NCBI GenBank assembly: GCA_028534125.1
Contig: CM052816.1
Location: 44,890,001-44,954,000, forward strand
Reading direction: 5' to 3'
DNA from: Lama glama
Taxonomy: Eukaryota
DNA: 64,000 nucleotides
The position numbers were made by a program, and so were the translations under genes. Shown here one piece after another: positions 41,796 through 55,190 of the stretch. Numbering within the stretch: position 1 is the first letter of the stretch; each line of letters opens with the position of its first letter. The notes under the pieces were generated by a model, which was not told the DNA's origin, searched no databases, and worked only from the letters and a program-made list of their open reading frames with translations.

Positions 41796-43462
41796 CAAGA
41801 ATCCAGGTTTAGAAGAGAAATTCCTCAACTGCTATCTACAAAGAAATCTACAGGTACATCATACAGTGGATAACTGAACACTTTTCTCCTAAGATCACAA
41901 ACAAGACAAGCATATTCACTCTAGTCACTTCTAGTCAACATTGTACAGATTGTAGTCAAGGCAATTAGGCAAAAAACATAAGTAAAAGGCATTGAATTAG
42001 AAAGAAAAAAATTAAACTATATTTGCAAATGACATGATCTTGAATATAGGAAATTCTAAGATATCCACTAAAAACTATTAAAGGTAATAAACTACTTTAG
42101 CAAGATTTCAAGACACAAAATCAATACATGAAAATTAATTGCACTTCTATGTACTAGCAATAAACAATCTGAAAATTAAATTATGAAAAAAAATTCTATT
42201 TACCATAGCATCAAAAAATGCTTAGGAATAAATTTAACCCCAAAAATGCAATATATGTACTGAAAACTACAAAATATTGTGAAAAGAAATTAAAGAAGAT
42301 CTAAATTAAATGGAACTATATCTTGTGTTCATGGATTAAGATGCAATACTCCCCAAATAGATCTACAGATTCAATACAATCACTATCAAATTCCCAGCTG
42401 ACTTCTCTGCAGAAATTGATAAGCTGATCCTGAAATTCATATGGAAATGCAAGGGATCCCATATAGGAAAAAGAGATAAATTGGACTTCATTAAAATTAA
42501 AAACATTTATGTATCAAAGGACATTATCAAATCAACCCATAAAATGGAAGAAAACAGTTGCCATTCACATATCTGGATCTGGTATCCAGAATGTAGGATA
42601 TAAAGAACCCTTTCAACTCAAAACCAAATAAACAAATAACCCAATTTTAAAATGGACAAAGGTTTGAAAAAAATTTCTCCAAAAAATATTATAAATGGCT
42701 AATATGTCCATGAAAAGATGCTCAATATTGTCAGTTATCATGGACATACAAATAAAAAACTAGGGTGAGATATCACTTTATACATACTAGAATGGCTATA
42801 ATAAAAAAGACAGAAAGTATGGAAGAGTATGTGGAGAAATTAAAACCCTCAGGCACATCTGCAGGTTATGTAAACTGGTACAGCCCGGTTGGAAAACAAG
42901 CAGTTCCTCCAAAAGCTGAACATCAAGTTCCCATATGACCCAGCAATTCTACTCCTAGGTATAGATATGTAAGAATTGGAAACATATGTCCATACAAAAA
43001 CTTGTGCAGGTATATTCATAGCAACATTACTCATACTAGCCCAAATGTCCATCAACAGGTGAATGGATAAACAAAATGTGATATATCCATATGTGGAATA
43101 TTATTCAGCCATTAAAAATAGAGCACCTATGCATTCTACAACATGGATGACCTTGAAACTATTCTGCTATATGATAGGAAGCAGACACAATAGACCACCT
43201 ATTATATGATTTCATTGGTATGAGATGTCCAGAACAGGGACATACTCACAGAAACAAATAGTAGACAAAGAGTTGTAAGTGGCTGGGGAAAGGGGAAAAA
43301 AGGAGTGACTGCTGATAGATGGTTTCTTTTTGGCATCTGGACAACCTTGTGGAATTAGATAGTTGTGATGTTTCCACAACTTTTTGAATATACTAAAAGC
43401 CACCAAATTGTATACTTAAAAGGTTAAATTTTATGGCATATGAATTTTATCTTCATAAAAAG
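38900..43462 (+). mobile_element. Long decayed L1M (L1MB-like): 5' region, ORF1, internally deleted ORF2, 3'UTR
   Basis: ORF1-like 40150-41000, ORF2 motifs ('gaccaagtgggattta', 'tttgcaaatgacatgatc'), 3'UTR ending 'aattttatggcatatgaattttatcttcataaaaa'. Confidence 0.85.
41761..41792. repeat. (AC)n microsatellite
   Basis: perfect AC run. Confidence 0.95.
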
Positions 43463-44178
43463 AATTTAAGGCAAATATTATGATCTATTGATTCATGAGT
43501 CACTGTACACTTTACTGATTTGTCTGTTATCCAGTGGGCTTTTTCACCCAGTCTGAAGTTGTCCAATGACAGACATTTCTCCAGTATATATTTATTCTTC
43601 TGACTTCAAAATCAGATTCTTAAATACATTTTGAAAATTTAAGAATTATCACTAAAATTCTTGAAATTAATGTCGACTTCTGCTAGCTTTGTATAAACTA
43701 GGTGTTTTCTAGCTCCTATAGCCTATACCAACATTCAAGTGTGGACAGTTTGTCTTTCTGTGTGTATACGTGCACAATTCCCTTCTCCAAAGGTCTCTTA
43801 GCTGTTTTCTGAGAATTGAGTATGCTTCTAAAGATCTAAGCCCTACAATGACTCTGAATCACCACTGTACCTGCTCTTGCCACATCCTACCTTCTCAGTG
43901 CTCTTGCATGACTATCACCTGTGCATGGTGGTATGTTTGTCCAGAGATGTGCTTAAGGCTTGCATCCTTACTTTATTTAAACTTCTGCTGTACTGTCAAT
44001 CTCCTACCTTCTTGGCCACCCCTTTAAAAATACCACTCCCATTATAGTCTGTCCCCTTTCACCTGTTCACCAGTTCATCCTAGCCCTTATCTAATCTACT
44101 TAGAATACATATATACACATACTTTAATGCTTTTGTTTACTCAAAGTGATAAGGGGCAGAGTCATGGACCTGGTTCTT

Positions 44179-44479
44179 TTTTTTTTTTTATTGAAGTATA
44201 CTCAGTTACAATGTGTCAATTTCTGATGTAGAGCATAATGTCCTAGTCATATATATATTCATTTTCATATTCTTTTTCATTAAAGGTTATTACAATATAT
44301 TGAATATAATTCCCTGTGCTATACAGAAGAAATTTGTTTTTTTTAATCTATTTTTATATATAGTGGTTAACATTTGCAAATCTCAAACTCCTAAGTTTAT
44401 CCCTCCCACCCCCTTTCCCCTGGTAACCATAAGATTGTTTACTATGTCTGCCAATCTGTTTCTATTTTGTAGATGAGTT
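44179..44479 (-). mobile_element. ~300-bp L1 3'UTR insertion within an L2 3' end
   Basis: poly(T) + antisense 3'UTR, TSD ctggttctt (44170-44178 / 44480-44488). L2 tail 'tatttgttgaataaatga' follows. Confidence 0.88.
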
Positions 44480-46879
44480 CTGGTTCTTAATTCTCAACAT
44501 CTAGAACTGTGCCAGCAATCTAAGAGGTGCTCAAAAGATATTTGTTGAATAAATGACTGAAATGCTGTCTTAACACAATCTTGAAAATTATTTTTATCAT
44601 GTCTCCAATAATATGTTAAAACTTCTTTAGATAGACCTCCTTGTGCCTCTGAAAAGGCATAACACTAATTAGTTTTAGCTTTCATATCCTTCAGTTCCCA
44701 GCCCTCCCTTCCTTTAAGTGAAGTGCTTCGGGGTTTTTTTCCTCTCTAACTTTCCTAATCAAATGGTTAGGGGGAAAAACTGTCAATAAGCAAACCTTAG
44801 ATTTCCAATATTGTAATGTTCCCTAAGTATATTTATGGAAAAAAGCACCAAACATAAGCACAAAGCTTAATAACCCAAGACAGTGTATTTTTGGAGAAAA
44901 CATTATTTTCAGTAATATTTCCAAATATGTGTGTGAAAGAGTGGTAAAGCCAACTAGTGTTTGACTAGCCACATGACAATATTCTTAAAAATGCATCTCT
45001 CAAAGACGGGAGATATGCTTTTCTAATAGCATGAGCATTTTATACTGGTATTTTGAACATGTATCTCTTGTGTAAGATGAATTCCCAGCTTATGAGGGAA
45101 TTAGATGCAAGTACATACATTAAGGGCAACAGAGTAAAATGCACCCCTGTATATACAGATTTCCAAACAGAACAGAGGAATCTTATCTCAGCAGGAAATG
45201 TGTGAGATGAATTTCTCACTTAGCCAATTAATTTACACTTTAGTCACCAGTGCTAGAAGGCAGCTTGGTAGACTTAGTGGTCTAGGCTAGAGTGAGTAAT
45301 AATAATTCACATTTATAAAGGGCTTCAGAATATTAATTATTTAATCCACACTATATTTCTACGTGATATTTCAGAATTATTGCATGTGCATTTTAGGCAA
45401 GAGAAACTGATCTAAATCAATTAAAATCCATGCTAAAAGCAAAGTTCCTGGCCTTCAAGTTGGTGCTCAGTCCATTTTGCCTTGCTACTCTGGCCCTTTG
45501 GACTCTGTGATGGGTTAATTAACCTCCCTTGCTTTGAATTTGTCCATAAAATGGTGATAATAAGACTAACCTTACAGTAGTATATTGTGCAAATTAATTG
45601 ATTTTTGGAAAGCACTTTTAGATCCATGGAAGAAAAGTATTAGTTGTAAATATCTCAATTGATTTTAAATGATAAATGAACATTTTTCATATCATTTTTC
45701 AACAGCAATAGTGACAGAGATATTGAATAATATATAAAACAATGAAAAATTTTTTCCATCACTCAAAGAGAGAGCGCTTGAAACTCCCACCTCCATTCAG
45801 CCAGCCATGACTCATTCATTGGAAGAAAGGCTATGATTCATCCCTCTCCACAACTACCCAGGCTAACATGCACTTTCAGTACAATAATATTGGCTATTCC
45901 TGACAATGTGGTCTCCTGTTTATGGGTGCATTTTAAATATGTGTACAATACCCCAACTTGCACCAGACTTCTGTGCAGTTTGGAATGTAAGTTGTCCAAG
46001 AAAAGAACACATTTCTTAAATTTATATTTTCTAGTGCCCCGACCAGAGCTGCAAAACATTTGTTTCAGCACAAATATCTTGTTAAGTGTTATAACAAACC
46101 AATTTACTTATAAATAAACACTGTATGGTTTCAGTGAAAACACTATCAACACTGTCGATCTCAAAGAAGAATTATTTCATTTCTATCTACTTTCTTAAAT
46201 GAGTTTTTCTACATAATAGTTCTATAAAACATGTTGAATTTGATTCTGAAAAAAAAATACAACTAAGTTATTTCATCTTAAAACTACAAATAAATAATTT
46301 AAGGACTTTTATTTCAGACATGAACCCAAAGTTGAAGCTCCAAAGCCATATAAACCTAGAATTATATGGTGATAAAATGTTGGTGCTTAGTACAAGAAAT
46401 GAAATACTAAACCTTAAAATGTGTCTAACGGATGGTTTGTAGCCATCTTCAATCAAAACTCAGTACCCATTGATTTTTTTTCCCAAAACAGGAGGCCCAG
46501 TTCCCCTCTGAGTGGCCTCTCTAATGTGGAACTCTTCCCCCAGCACCAAGTCTCCACATTTCCCCAGCCAGAAGTGCAGACTTAACACAGCACAATCTTT
46601 AAAAAGGCACTAATTACACTCAAATCAAGAGGCAGATTTAGTTCCTGACTTGAAAAGGAAATAGTCATGATTTAGAATGTGCCTAATAGATTACACCTGT
46701 CTGCCCGGAAAACCAGTGCATCCTCAGTAAAGAGGAACCCTGAAATCCAAGGTCAGCTGGGGTATCTCAGGTTTTGATAGCCATCAAGACCCCAATTAAT
46801 CTACTCATATCTTCTCTGCATTAGCCTCTTGATTATAGAGATTTGTGTAATTGAATGTGGTCTGTGTGTGTCTGACACA

Positions 46880-46880
<1 letters not shown>

Positions 46881-46937
<57 letters not shown>
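46881..46937. repeat. (AC)n microsatellite
   Basis: perfect AC run. Confidence 0.95.
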
Positions 46938-46940
<3 letters not shown>

Positions 46941-47334
46941 CCTATTTTAACCTGTTAAGCAAATACACAGGCTTCTACCTAAACAATAGAAATGCCCTGA
47001 ATTATAAGCTATATTGTTTCATTTTGTTTATGTAGTTACACATTTTATCACTGTTCTTATTTTTTCACTAAGATAAAACTACTTTTCTATTTAGGCTTTC
47101 ATAAAGGGTTAAAAACCATTTATATTTGCTTTTTGACATCACCTTTAAGCAAAAAAAACTTTCATATTAAGAGTCATGGAAATTAACCAAGCAAATAAAA
47201 ATAATGGAATGATTAAAATTAAAATCATTCTAAACTACCAACTTAGTACAAATTTGCATAAAATTAGTAAATAAACATTTTCATACAATTATTCAAAGTA
47301 TCTAATTAATTTAACATAAAAATCACAAGGTTAG

Positions 47335-48135
47335 GATTAGGATGGTTATTATTTTAAAAAAAGGAAATGTCATGTGCTGCCAAGGATGTGGAGAAACTGG
47401 AACCTTCATGCATTGCTGTTAGAAATATAAAATGATGCACTCACTGTGAAAAACAGTTTGTCAGCTCTTCAAAAAGTTAAACATAGAACTACTGTATCAT
47501 CCAACAGTACCACTCTCAGTTTTATACTTAAAAGAACTGCAAGTAGAGAGTCAAAGATTTACATGTACATCTATGTTCATAGCAGCATTATCCCCAATAT
47601 CCACCCCAATGTCCATCCCAAAGTCAATGCCAATGTCCATTAACAGATGAATGAATTTTAAAACTGTGGTATATACACACAATGAAATAGTCTTCAGCCA
47701 CAAAAGGGAATGACATTCTGATATACAGAAGAACCCTGAAAACATTATGCTAGTGTAAGTGAAAAAATTATACTAAATGAAATAAGCCAAATGTAAAAGG
47801 ACAAAAATTGTATGATTCTACTAACATGAGGTCCCTAGAACTGCAAAAGGACAAAAATTGTATGATTCTATTTACATGAGGTCCCTAGGACAGGCAAATT
47901 CAGAGAGATAGAAAGCAGAAAAAGGTTACCAGGGGCTGGGCTACAGGGGAATGAGGAGTTACTGTTTCATGGGTACAAGGTTTCTGCCTGGGAAGATGAA
48001 GGGTTCTGGAAATGGATAGTGGTGATAGATGCACAACCTTGTAAGTGGGCTTAAAACCACTGAGTTGTACATTTCAAAATGGTTAAAATGGTATCTATTG
48101 TGTTATCCATATTTTACCACCAAAAAAAAAAAAAA
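47335..48135 (+). mobile_element. L1MB-type 3' end with internal tandem duplications
   Basis: 'aaggatgtggagaaactggaaccttcatgcattgctg...gttctggaaatggatagtggtgat', poly(A) at 48122. Confidence 0.85.
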
Positions 48136-49539
48136 CCACCTCAAGGCTAATAGAAATCGTTCTAGTATATTTGTTCAGAATTATTCCTTGCCACTTGATC
48201 AACTATGTTTTTCATAGCAACTGGTGTCTTAATTTGTTTCCAGGACACATAATATAAATGTATGTTGTGTATATATATATATAATCTAAACCCAGAAAAT
48301 GTAAAAGGGTGCAAGCAGAGTTCTAATTTATTAGATCAGGGAGTAAACATAAAATTTACCTTTGTAATCTTGCTGAAGTTTACAGCAAAATATCCTTCTT
48401 GAGGTTTATTAAACTCTAATTATTTTCTTGAAAGATTAGCAGCAATTATCATTAAGGTTTAAGCATTTAACTGTGACTACTGCAATAAATCTTATTAAAA
48501 TAACTGAAACATACTTTTTTCGCATGTGGCAACCTGTCTCTGAATCACAACCATCTGTAAGTGGTGATTGTCTGGTGCACACAGATGGGTGTAAAACAAC
48601 GTTCAGGCTATACCATTCTTTCATCATCTCTTGGTACCAAACAAACTGAAATCTGAGTTAGACTATTTGCATTTGAAAGATTATATGATCTCTGTAATTA
48701 ACAAATACTCGTTGGCTTTCTGATATAAAACGTGGGATAGATACCTGGTTGAAAATAGCACGAACTGTGCAGGCTCTCTAATCTGACAGCCTACAAAAAA
48801 ATTAGATGTTAACAACAGAAGAGCAGGTTTCAAATTTTTATAGTGCACAGTTCCTTTACAGATTTAAAATGCAGAAGAAGGGAAGAGAATAACTGATTCT
48901 TTCTGGTTTACAGCACAGAATCACAGGGTCTCTAAGCCAATAACTTGAGGGCTACACTTTAAATTCATGTTGGCTTCAAAGGTGAACCTCTGCCCCACCT
49001 TACTTTTCCTTCAAGACAAGGAAAAACAGACCCAAGTTACTCACAAAGCCCACATCATTAAGTAAGAAAAAAGGAAGCCAAAAATCAAGGAGATTAATAT
49101 CTTTCTAGGTGTCACCACTTTTTGGCTAATAAGATCTACCTCTATTGGATTATTAATCAGAGAAGGGAAAGGATTTGAGACCTGCACAATGACAGAGCAC
49201 TGGGTTTGGAGTTGGGCAAGCCCTGCTTTCAAGCACTTGCTAATTACAGAACACATTACTGAAACCAAATTACTGAGCTTCAGTTCCCGCATCAGTAAAT
49301 TAAAGAGAATGATATAGACGCACATGCTGGGTTCCTCTGAGGTTTGGGTCAGGTAACTAAGAAGGTAAGAAGGTACTTAGCACCCTGGCACACAAGAAAC
49401 ACTCAATGCTTTTTTGTTAAGTGAATAAATACTGTATCAAGGGATAATGATAAGCTGCCTTAACACTTAGTGAATAATTTTGTCTATGAGGGGTTTGCAA
49501 CCTTGATGAACTTCAGAGTGTGTTCACTTGGCCAAGAGC

Positions 49540-49770
49540 CCATTTGGTAGTTAAAAGCTTGGACATAGAATCAATCTGCTGAGGCTTAAATCATGCTTCC
49601 TCTATCTACTAGTTGTGTGACTTTCACAAGTGACAATTTCTCTGTGCTTCTCTTTATTTACTTATAAAGTAGGGATGATAGTAATCCATTCAAAGTTTTG
49701 CTGAGGGTATTAAATGGGTCAATATACTTGAGTAGTTTAGAACAGGGCCTGGCATCTGTTACTGTCAGTA
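49540..49770 (+). mobile_element. MIR SINE
   Basis: 'tctactagttgtgtgactttcacaagtgacaatttctctgtgcttc...tttagaacagggcctggca'. Confidence 0.7.
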
Positions 49771-50158
49771 TATATCAATGAGTTGTTATTCACAAATGAG
49801 TAGGTCCCTGAGTACACAGTGAAGGACATAGTCTTTGACCTCATGTATGCTGCAGATTCCTGGGAAAACACACATTTAAAAAATAAACATAAAACCATAT
49901 AGTTGCAAGTTGAGGGAAAGTAAGAGAGCACAACAGATCTTGTGATATTTGAGCTCATTATTACATGTCAGATTCTTCATCTGAAAGATCTCAAAGATGT
50001 TACCTATATAACAGTTATTGTAGGAAATAAATAAGCATTATAATGCAAAGTCCCTAATGAAAGGAAAACCTTGGTGCATGTTAGTTTCTTTCTTCTCTTT
50101 TCTCCATGGTATCATATCATTTAGATAAGTGCTTGCGTTTTTCATTTATTGTCTGAAG

Positions 50159-50202
<44 letters not shown>
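50159..50202. repeat. (ATT)n microsatellite
   Basis: perfect ATT run. Confidence 0.95.
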
Positions 50203-53049
50203 CGCAGGGAAAAGTTTCTTAACCTCAAATGACCTCCTTCTTTGAGACGCCAGATGCTGAAGAATATTAAAATTATATTTAAGACAGTATTACATTCAAA
50301 TTAAGATGTATTTTCTACTAGATTACATCTTTAAAAGACAGTCATCACATATTATATACACTTAGATATCAAATGACTGCATTTACATTTGAACCAAAAT
50401 AAAAGATGAAAGTGGTTAATGAAGTTCTAATTCATTGCCTTGAATGTTTTTAGCCTACTACATCCAAATTATTTTTTTAAATAACTACCACTAGAAAGGC
50501 TAATGCAGTGCAGATGACTCCCCAAATATTTGCAATAGGTCATGTGACCACCGCTGCGGCATCTCAACAATTGACTGTAATAGATTTAAGGGGGAATGAG
50601 AGGCTGCCTTGACATTTAAATAGATAATATTTTCTATTAAATCTTTTTTAAAAAACCTTGATTAACACCAGAAATATTTCTCACTTAACCAAAAGAAACC
50701 CTCATTAAGGAAATTTTCACTGAGTGACATACAATATGCTCATCTGTGCACCATGAACTTGTTTTTACTCTATATTCAAAGCTGTATGTTTATTTCTCTG
50801 TTCTGGTTCAGTTCTAAAAGCCAAAAATATGAAACAGATGTGGTGACTTTCTGTGTCGTGTGAAGCACAATTATGCTTCTTTGAATTGCTTAGGCTAAAC
50901 AGTTGCCCTCCCTAGAGCATATCGAAAATGTCTGAGATTCTTGGCAGCCCAGAATCCAGCTTGCTACCTGTCAAGAGCTGGAATTGGCAGGCCTCAGCTA
51001 GCTGACTACAGGGGATGCTCCTTTACCTTCTCCCCACCAAAGTCGGTGCAACAGAAAAAATATGCAGGCAAAACTTCAGCTAAATAGACACACTGTCTTA
51101 TGTTTAAGAAGAGATAGAGATGTTTGATAGCCCATTTCCAGCTCCACTTTATGTGGCCCATTTAATAGCACTCAGAAAATAGCTCAGTGGGTCCTGCTTC
51201 TGAGTTCACAGACAGTACTGGCAACAGCCAAGAGCGAATGCAGAAAAATCTCCCAAATTACTTGTTGTTGCCATGATGCCTATAAACCTGTGTCAGCCGG
51301 ACCAGTCTCATTAGCAAAAGTGCAAATGTTGATTTCTCTTTTGCTGAGACTAGTTTAAAACATGTGGAAATTGCTATAATTGAAGAGAAAGCTTGAAACA
51401 AATGGCAATTTTGTTCTCAAAAAGGAAACTTTCCTCAGGCTGTGGGAGGTGAGGAAAAGAAGCTTCCTTTTCTTCTAAAATGAGTGAATGCTGAAAATAA
51501 CGGCATTCATAGAATCATGCATCAATCTTGCTAGTTTACAACTTCCAAAGAGTCTAGAAACAAAAGTTAGCAATGGGCATGTTCATATAGGAACATTTAC
51601 AGAGTGCCATGCTCATGGAGGTCAGAAGTTTGATACAAACAGGCACACCAGCAGTCTTATAAAATGTACATTTCTCATCAAAGCGAACCATGTATCACCA
51701 TTCATTCATTCAGCATTCTTGTATTTAATGGAGATCCAGGCATTATGCTAGATGCTGAGGATATGGAAATGAAAAGACTAAGTAATGCTACAAGATGTTC
51801 ATATGGAAAGGAGAAAAAGACATTTAAAAGACATGTAACAGACAAATACAGTATTTTTACTGCTACTGAGGACTCATTTTCCCCTGTAGTCAGGCCTCTG
51901 GGTCTTGGAATAACAGAAATGAAGACATGGGAGGTAGAGATGTCTGGTCTACATAATCTTAGGAGGTTTTATCATCATCTCTTTCTAGGAGCCAGGCAAT
52001 GTTGCAGACCAATTCTTAAATGGCAATGACTTCTCTAGGCTCCTCCTACCAATCCTACCTTTCAACATACCACTCATACGAAGCCAAGAGGGCAAGAGGA
52101 AACATCATCAGGAGGGCCTGCAACCTCTGCTCTTTACCCTGAGAGATGTTGGATTCTATCTGGTCATTTTCAGTTTTCCTGATAGAGTATGATCATTTTC
52201 ATCCCTCTAAAAACACTGAGGAAAAAAGCTGGTGTTTTCCTCCTCAACATCTCTGCTCAGATCCAACACTGTGCAGGCTGTGGCACCTGGATCCCAGACC
52301 AACCCTCTATTCTTAAGGCTTTCCAGTGCCCTGGGGCATTAAAGAGAGGTCACTTGTCCTTGTGGAGTCAAACACAGCTGAGCATCCTTGGGGCATAGGA
52401 GACAGTGAGGCACAAAGAAGCAGCTGTTTCCCACAGCCAATCATCTGTATCAATGAGAAAGACAGCTGTCATTATTCTTGGGAATAAATTTTATATGGTT
52501 ATACATCAAGCAGAGGATGGATTCATGTAGTGTTGGCTCCTCACTGCCTCAGACCTTAGCTCTGGCAAGACCAGGTACTTTGGGGTAGAGCCTTGAAAAC
52601 TGATGCTAGAGCCTACCTCCAATCATCTCTCCTTGAATTTTTGCCTCACGAATAAACCAAGACCTTGGACTTAGATACAGATCATTTAATGCATTTGTCC
52701 TGTGGGTCCACATCAAGGGAGAAAGTAGAATATCCTTTAATGAAAGGTCCTTAGAGTACATGTGAATGAATAGTGATGGGGTCAACAAATCCCAATTAAT
52801 GAAACCATAAAACCATACTTGTTTAAAGTGAGTGCTGGCTAAGAGGTCTAGATCTGGAAGTATGTTTATTACACAGAGTATTCTCTTCTCACCAATTGTG
52901 AGGAAAGAAACAATGACTCCTTAACGGAAGCCACCCTGCTTTAAGATTCAGCAAAGCAAGAGTAGAGAAACTCTACCTCAGTTCTTCATCTTCCATATTA
53001 ATATTACATCTCAACAGATATGAACACTATAATCGCTGCAATGATAGTG

Positions 53050-53380
53050 TATAAAAACTACACCAAGATCAAAGAGGAAAAGATTACTCAGAGCAGTCAA
53101 TAAAGGCCTTATCTAAGCCACGATACTTCAACTGAGACGTGAGTTTGCCAGAGACAAAAGCAGGCAGAGAGAGCACTGCAGATTGAGACAACAGCCTGTG
53201 TAAAAGCCTACAGCCTGAAACCACATGAGAGCCTGGGACATGTTAATGGGAACTGGGGACTGGAATTGGAATAAGCAAATGCAAGATGTGAGGCATGTCA
53301 GCATGTACGGGTGCTGGATCTCACTGTCTCGACCATGGAGTATCATTTCCTAATTTTAAGCAGTGGTGTAATGTGATTGG
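53050..53380 (-). mobile_element. LINE-2 fragment
   Basis: 'gagacaacagcctgtgtaaaagcctacagcctga...ttttaagcagtggtgtaatgtgat' L2-like motifs. Confidence 0.55.
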
Positions 53381-54574
53381 GTAGTAAGCAGACGTCAGAA
53401 GCATCATTTTCATATACAAGTGCCACCACAAATACCGCTTTGTATGTATAAATATATAATCCTGTCTGTGTATAATTTTCATCACAAACTGTTAGGTGCA
53501 GTTCTCTCAGGGAAGTTTGGAAATTCATCAATTTGAATGGACAATGCAGAGAGACCATGAAAATATGCTAAATAGTTTCTACAGAAATCTCCAATTACAA
53601 TGATCTTTAATTATTCAAGAATAAAATATGTTATTTCAATTCCAGGATTCTGAACTGTAGAATTTTCAATGTCACTACTACATCAGCTCTAAAGGGTAGT
53701 GGTTTTAAAAGAGAAAAGGAAAAAAAGTGTTCCAAATTGTCAAAATGATAATTATTTAACATAATGTTTCCCACCCCCATAATAGTTTCTCCTAAAATGT
53801 GTGGAATAATTTATATATAAATATGTAGATGTATACAAACTGAAATGCCAAACATTGAAAAGAAACTCAAATGAGTGGGTATTTACATATGGAATAGAGC
53901 TCATAAGAAACCATGTTTTTGTGATAATGAGATGTTTTCCAAGCTTCCTATCATTCTGGAAATTTACTCAGAGACAAGCCTATATATTCATTAAACAACA
54001 AAGTAATTCAAAAGGCAGTCTTAGAAATCTGAAAAATCTGACTTACGAAATGACCACTGAGTTCAACAATGGGTCAAAGAGTGAAATGAAAATTCCCAGG
54101 ACACAGAAGGTAGAAAATCCTACAGCTAACCATGTCTTTAACTGATACAGGGCACACACTACTAGAAGCCCAGAGAAACTTTAAATGGATTTAAGCAAGT
54201 TTCCACTGTTTAGGTACATTCTACAAGATCATTAACTACCTATTTACAATCATAGAAAATAAGGAGAGAAAAAAAGGTTCTCTTCCATAATGTTTAGGAA
54301 ATGGGTACTTACGATCCATAGAGCTCAAGTAGAAAACGAGGTAGTTAGTTTTCAAATCTGTCTAAGAACTACTGTGTTCAAAAAGTTCATCAAGATATAA
54401 TCAACTGTCTTGTTAGCAAGATTGTATTTTCTCAGAGGGACTTACTACTTTTTAAGGAAAACAATAAAAATGGCTTTAAAGCCTTACATTGTTTCCAACA
54501 AGAAAAGTAAGCATTAACAATCACAAATCTATTACATTTCTCATCTAAAGCCTATATTCAGATTTCTAACTTAG

Positions 54575-55190
54575 CCTAACTTCTTTCAGTTACAGAAGAT
54601 AAAAATTCAACTCAAACCAACTTTAAAAAAAAAAAGGAAATCTATCGTCTCACATGATTCAGTTGTGTGCTGAATCCAGTTGCTTCAATAAATTCTTTAG
54701 AACACTGTTCCTGCCTCTTTATGTCTTAAATCTATTTTCCTCTGTCTTTTATTGTCAAATATGCCTTCCCCACACAGTGGTGGAAGGATGCCTTCTGAGA
54801 GCTCCAAGAGGATTTTCTACCATTTGCTAATTTTAAGCAGTGGTGTAATGTGATCGGGTAGTTAGCAGACTTCGGAAGCATCATTTTTACATACAAGTGT
54901 CACCACAAATACTGCTTTGTGTGTATACATATAACCAAAGTGGAAAGGGAGTCTCTTTCTCCCAGTAGCTTCTCCTAAAGTCTCAAACCTACACCGACTG
55001 AGCTTAAGTAAACTCGACCTCTGAATTGTTTGTTCTGTCCAAGGGTGTATCATACTGACTGGTAAGACTTGGATCACATGCCCACCCCTGAAGCCATGGT
55101 GAGTTTAATCCTCTAAGATACACTGACCAAGAACAAAGGATGAGTAATCCCCTCAAAGAGACAATGAGCAAAAAAATACTTATTTTCCAC
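54575..55190. mobile_element. Old MLT1 (K/L-like) LTR containing a 113-bp foreign insert
   Basis: 'ttctttcagttacagaagataaaaattcaactcaaacc...acttggatcacatgcccacccctgaa'. Confidence 0.6.
54821..54933 (+). repeat. Dispersed direct duplicate of 53344-53456
   Basis: Ungapped 113-bp alignment with about 11 mismatches by manual count. Confidence 0.92.

Noticed and set aside
46863..46889. Perfect hairpin gtgtgtgtctg-aca-cagacacacac
   Set aside because: Explained by TG and CA microsatellite sequence being adjacent.
47590..47890. 12-bp x4 and ~50-bp x2 tandem repeats, superficially array-like
   Set aside because: Slippage duplications inside an L1MB 3' end, with no spacers. CRISPR is not applicable.
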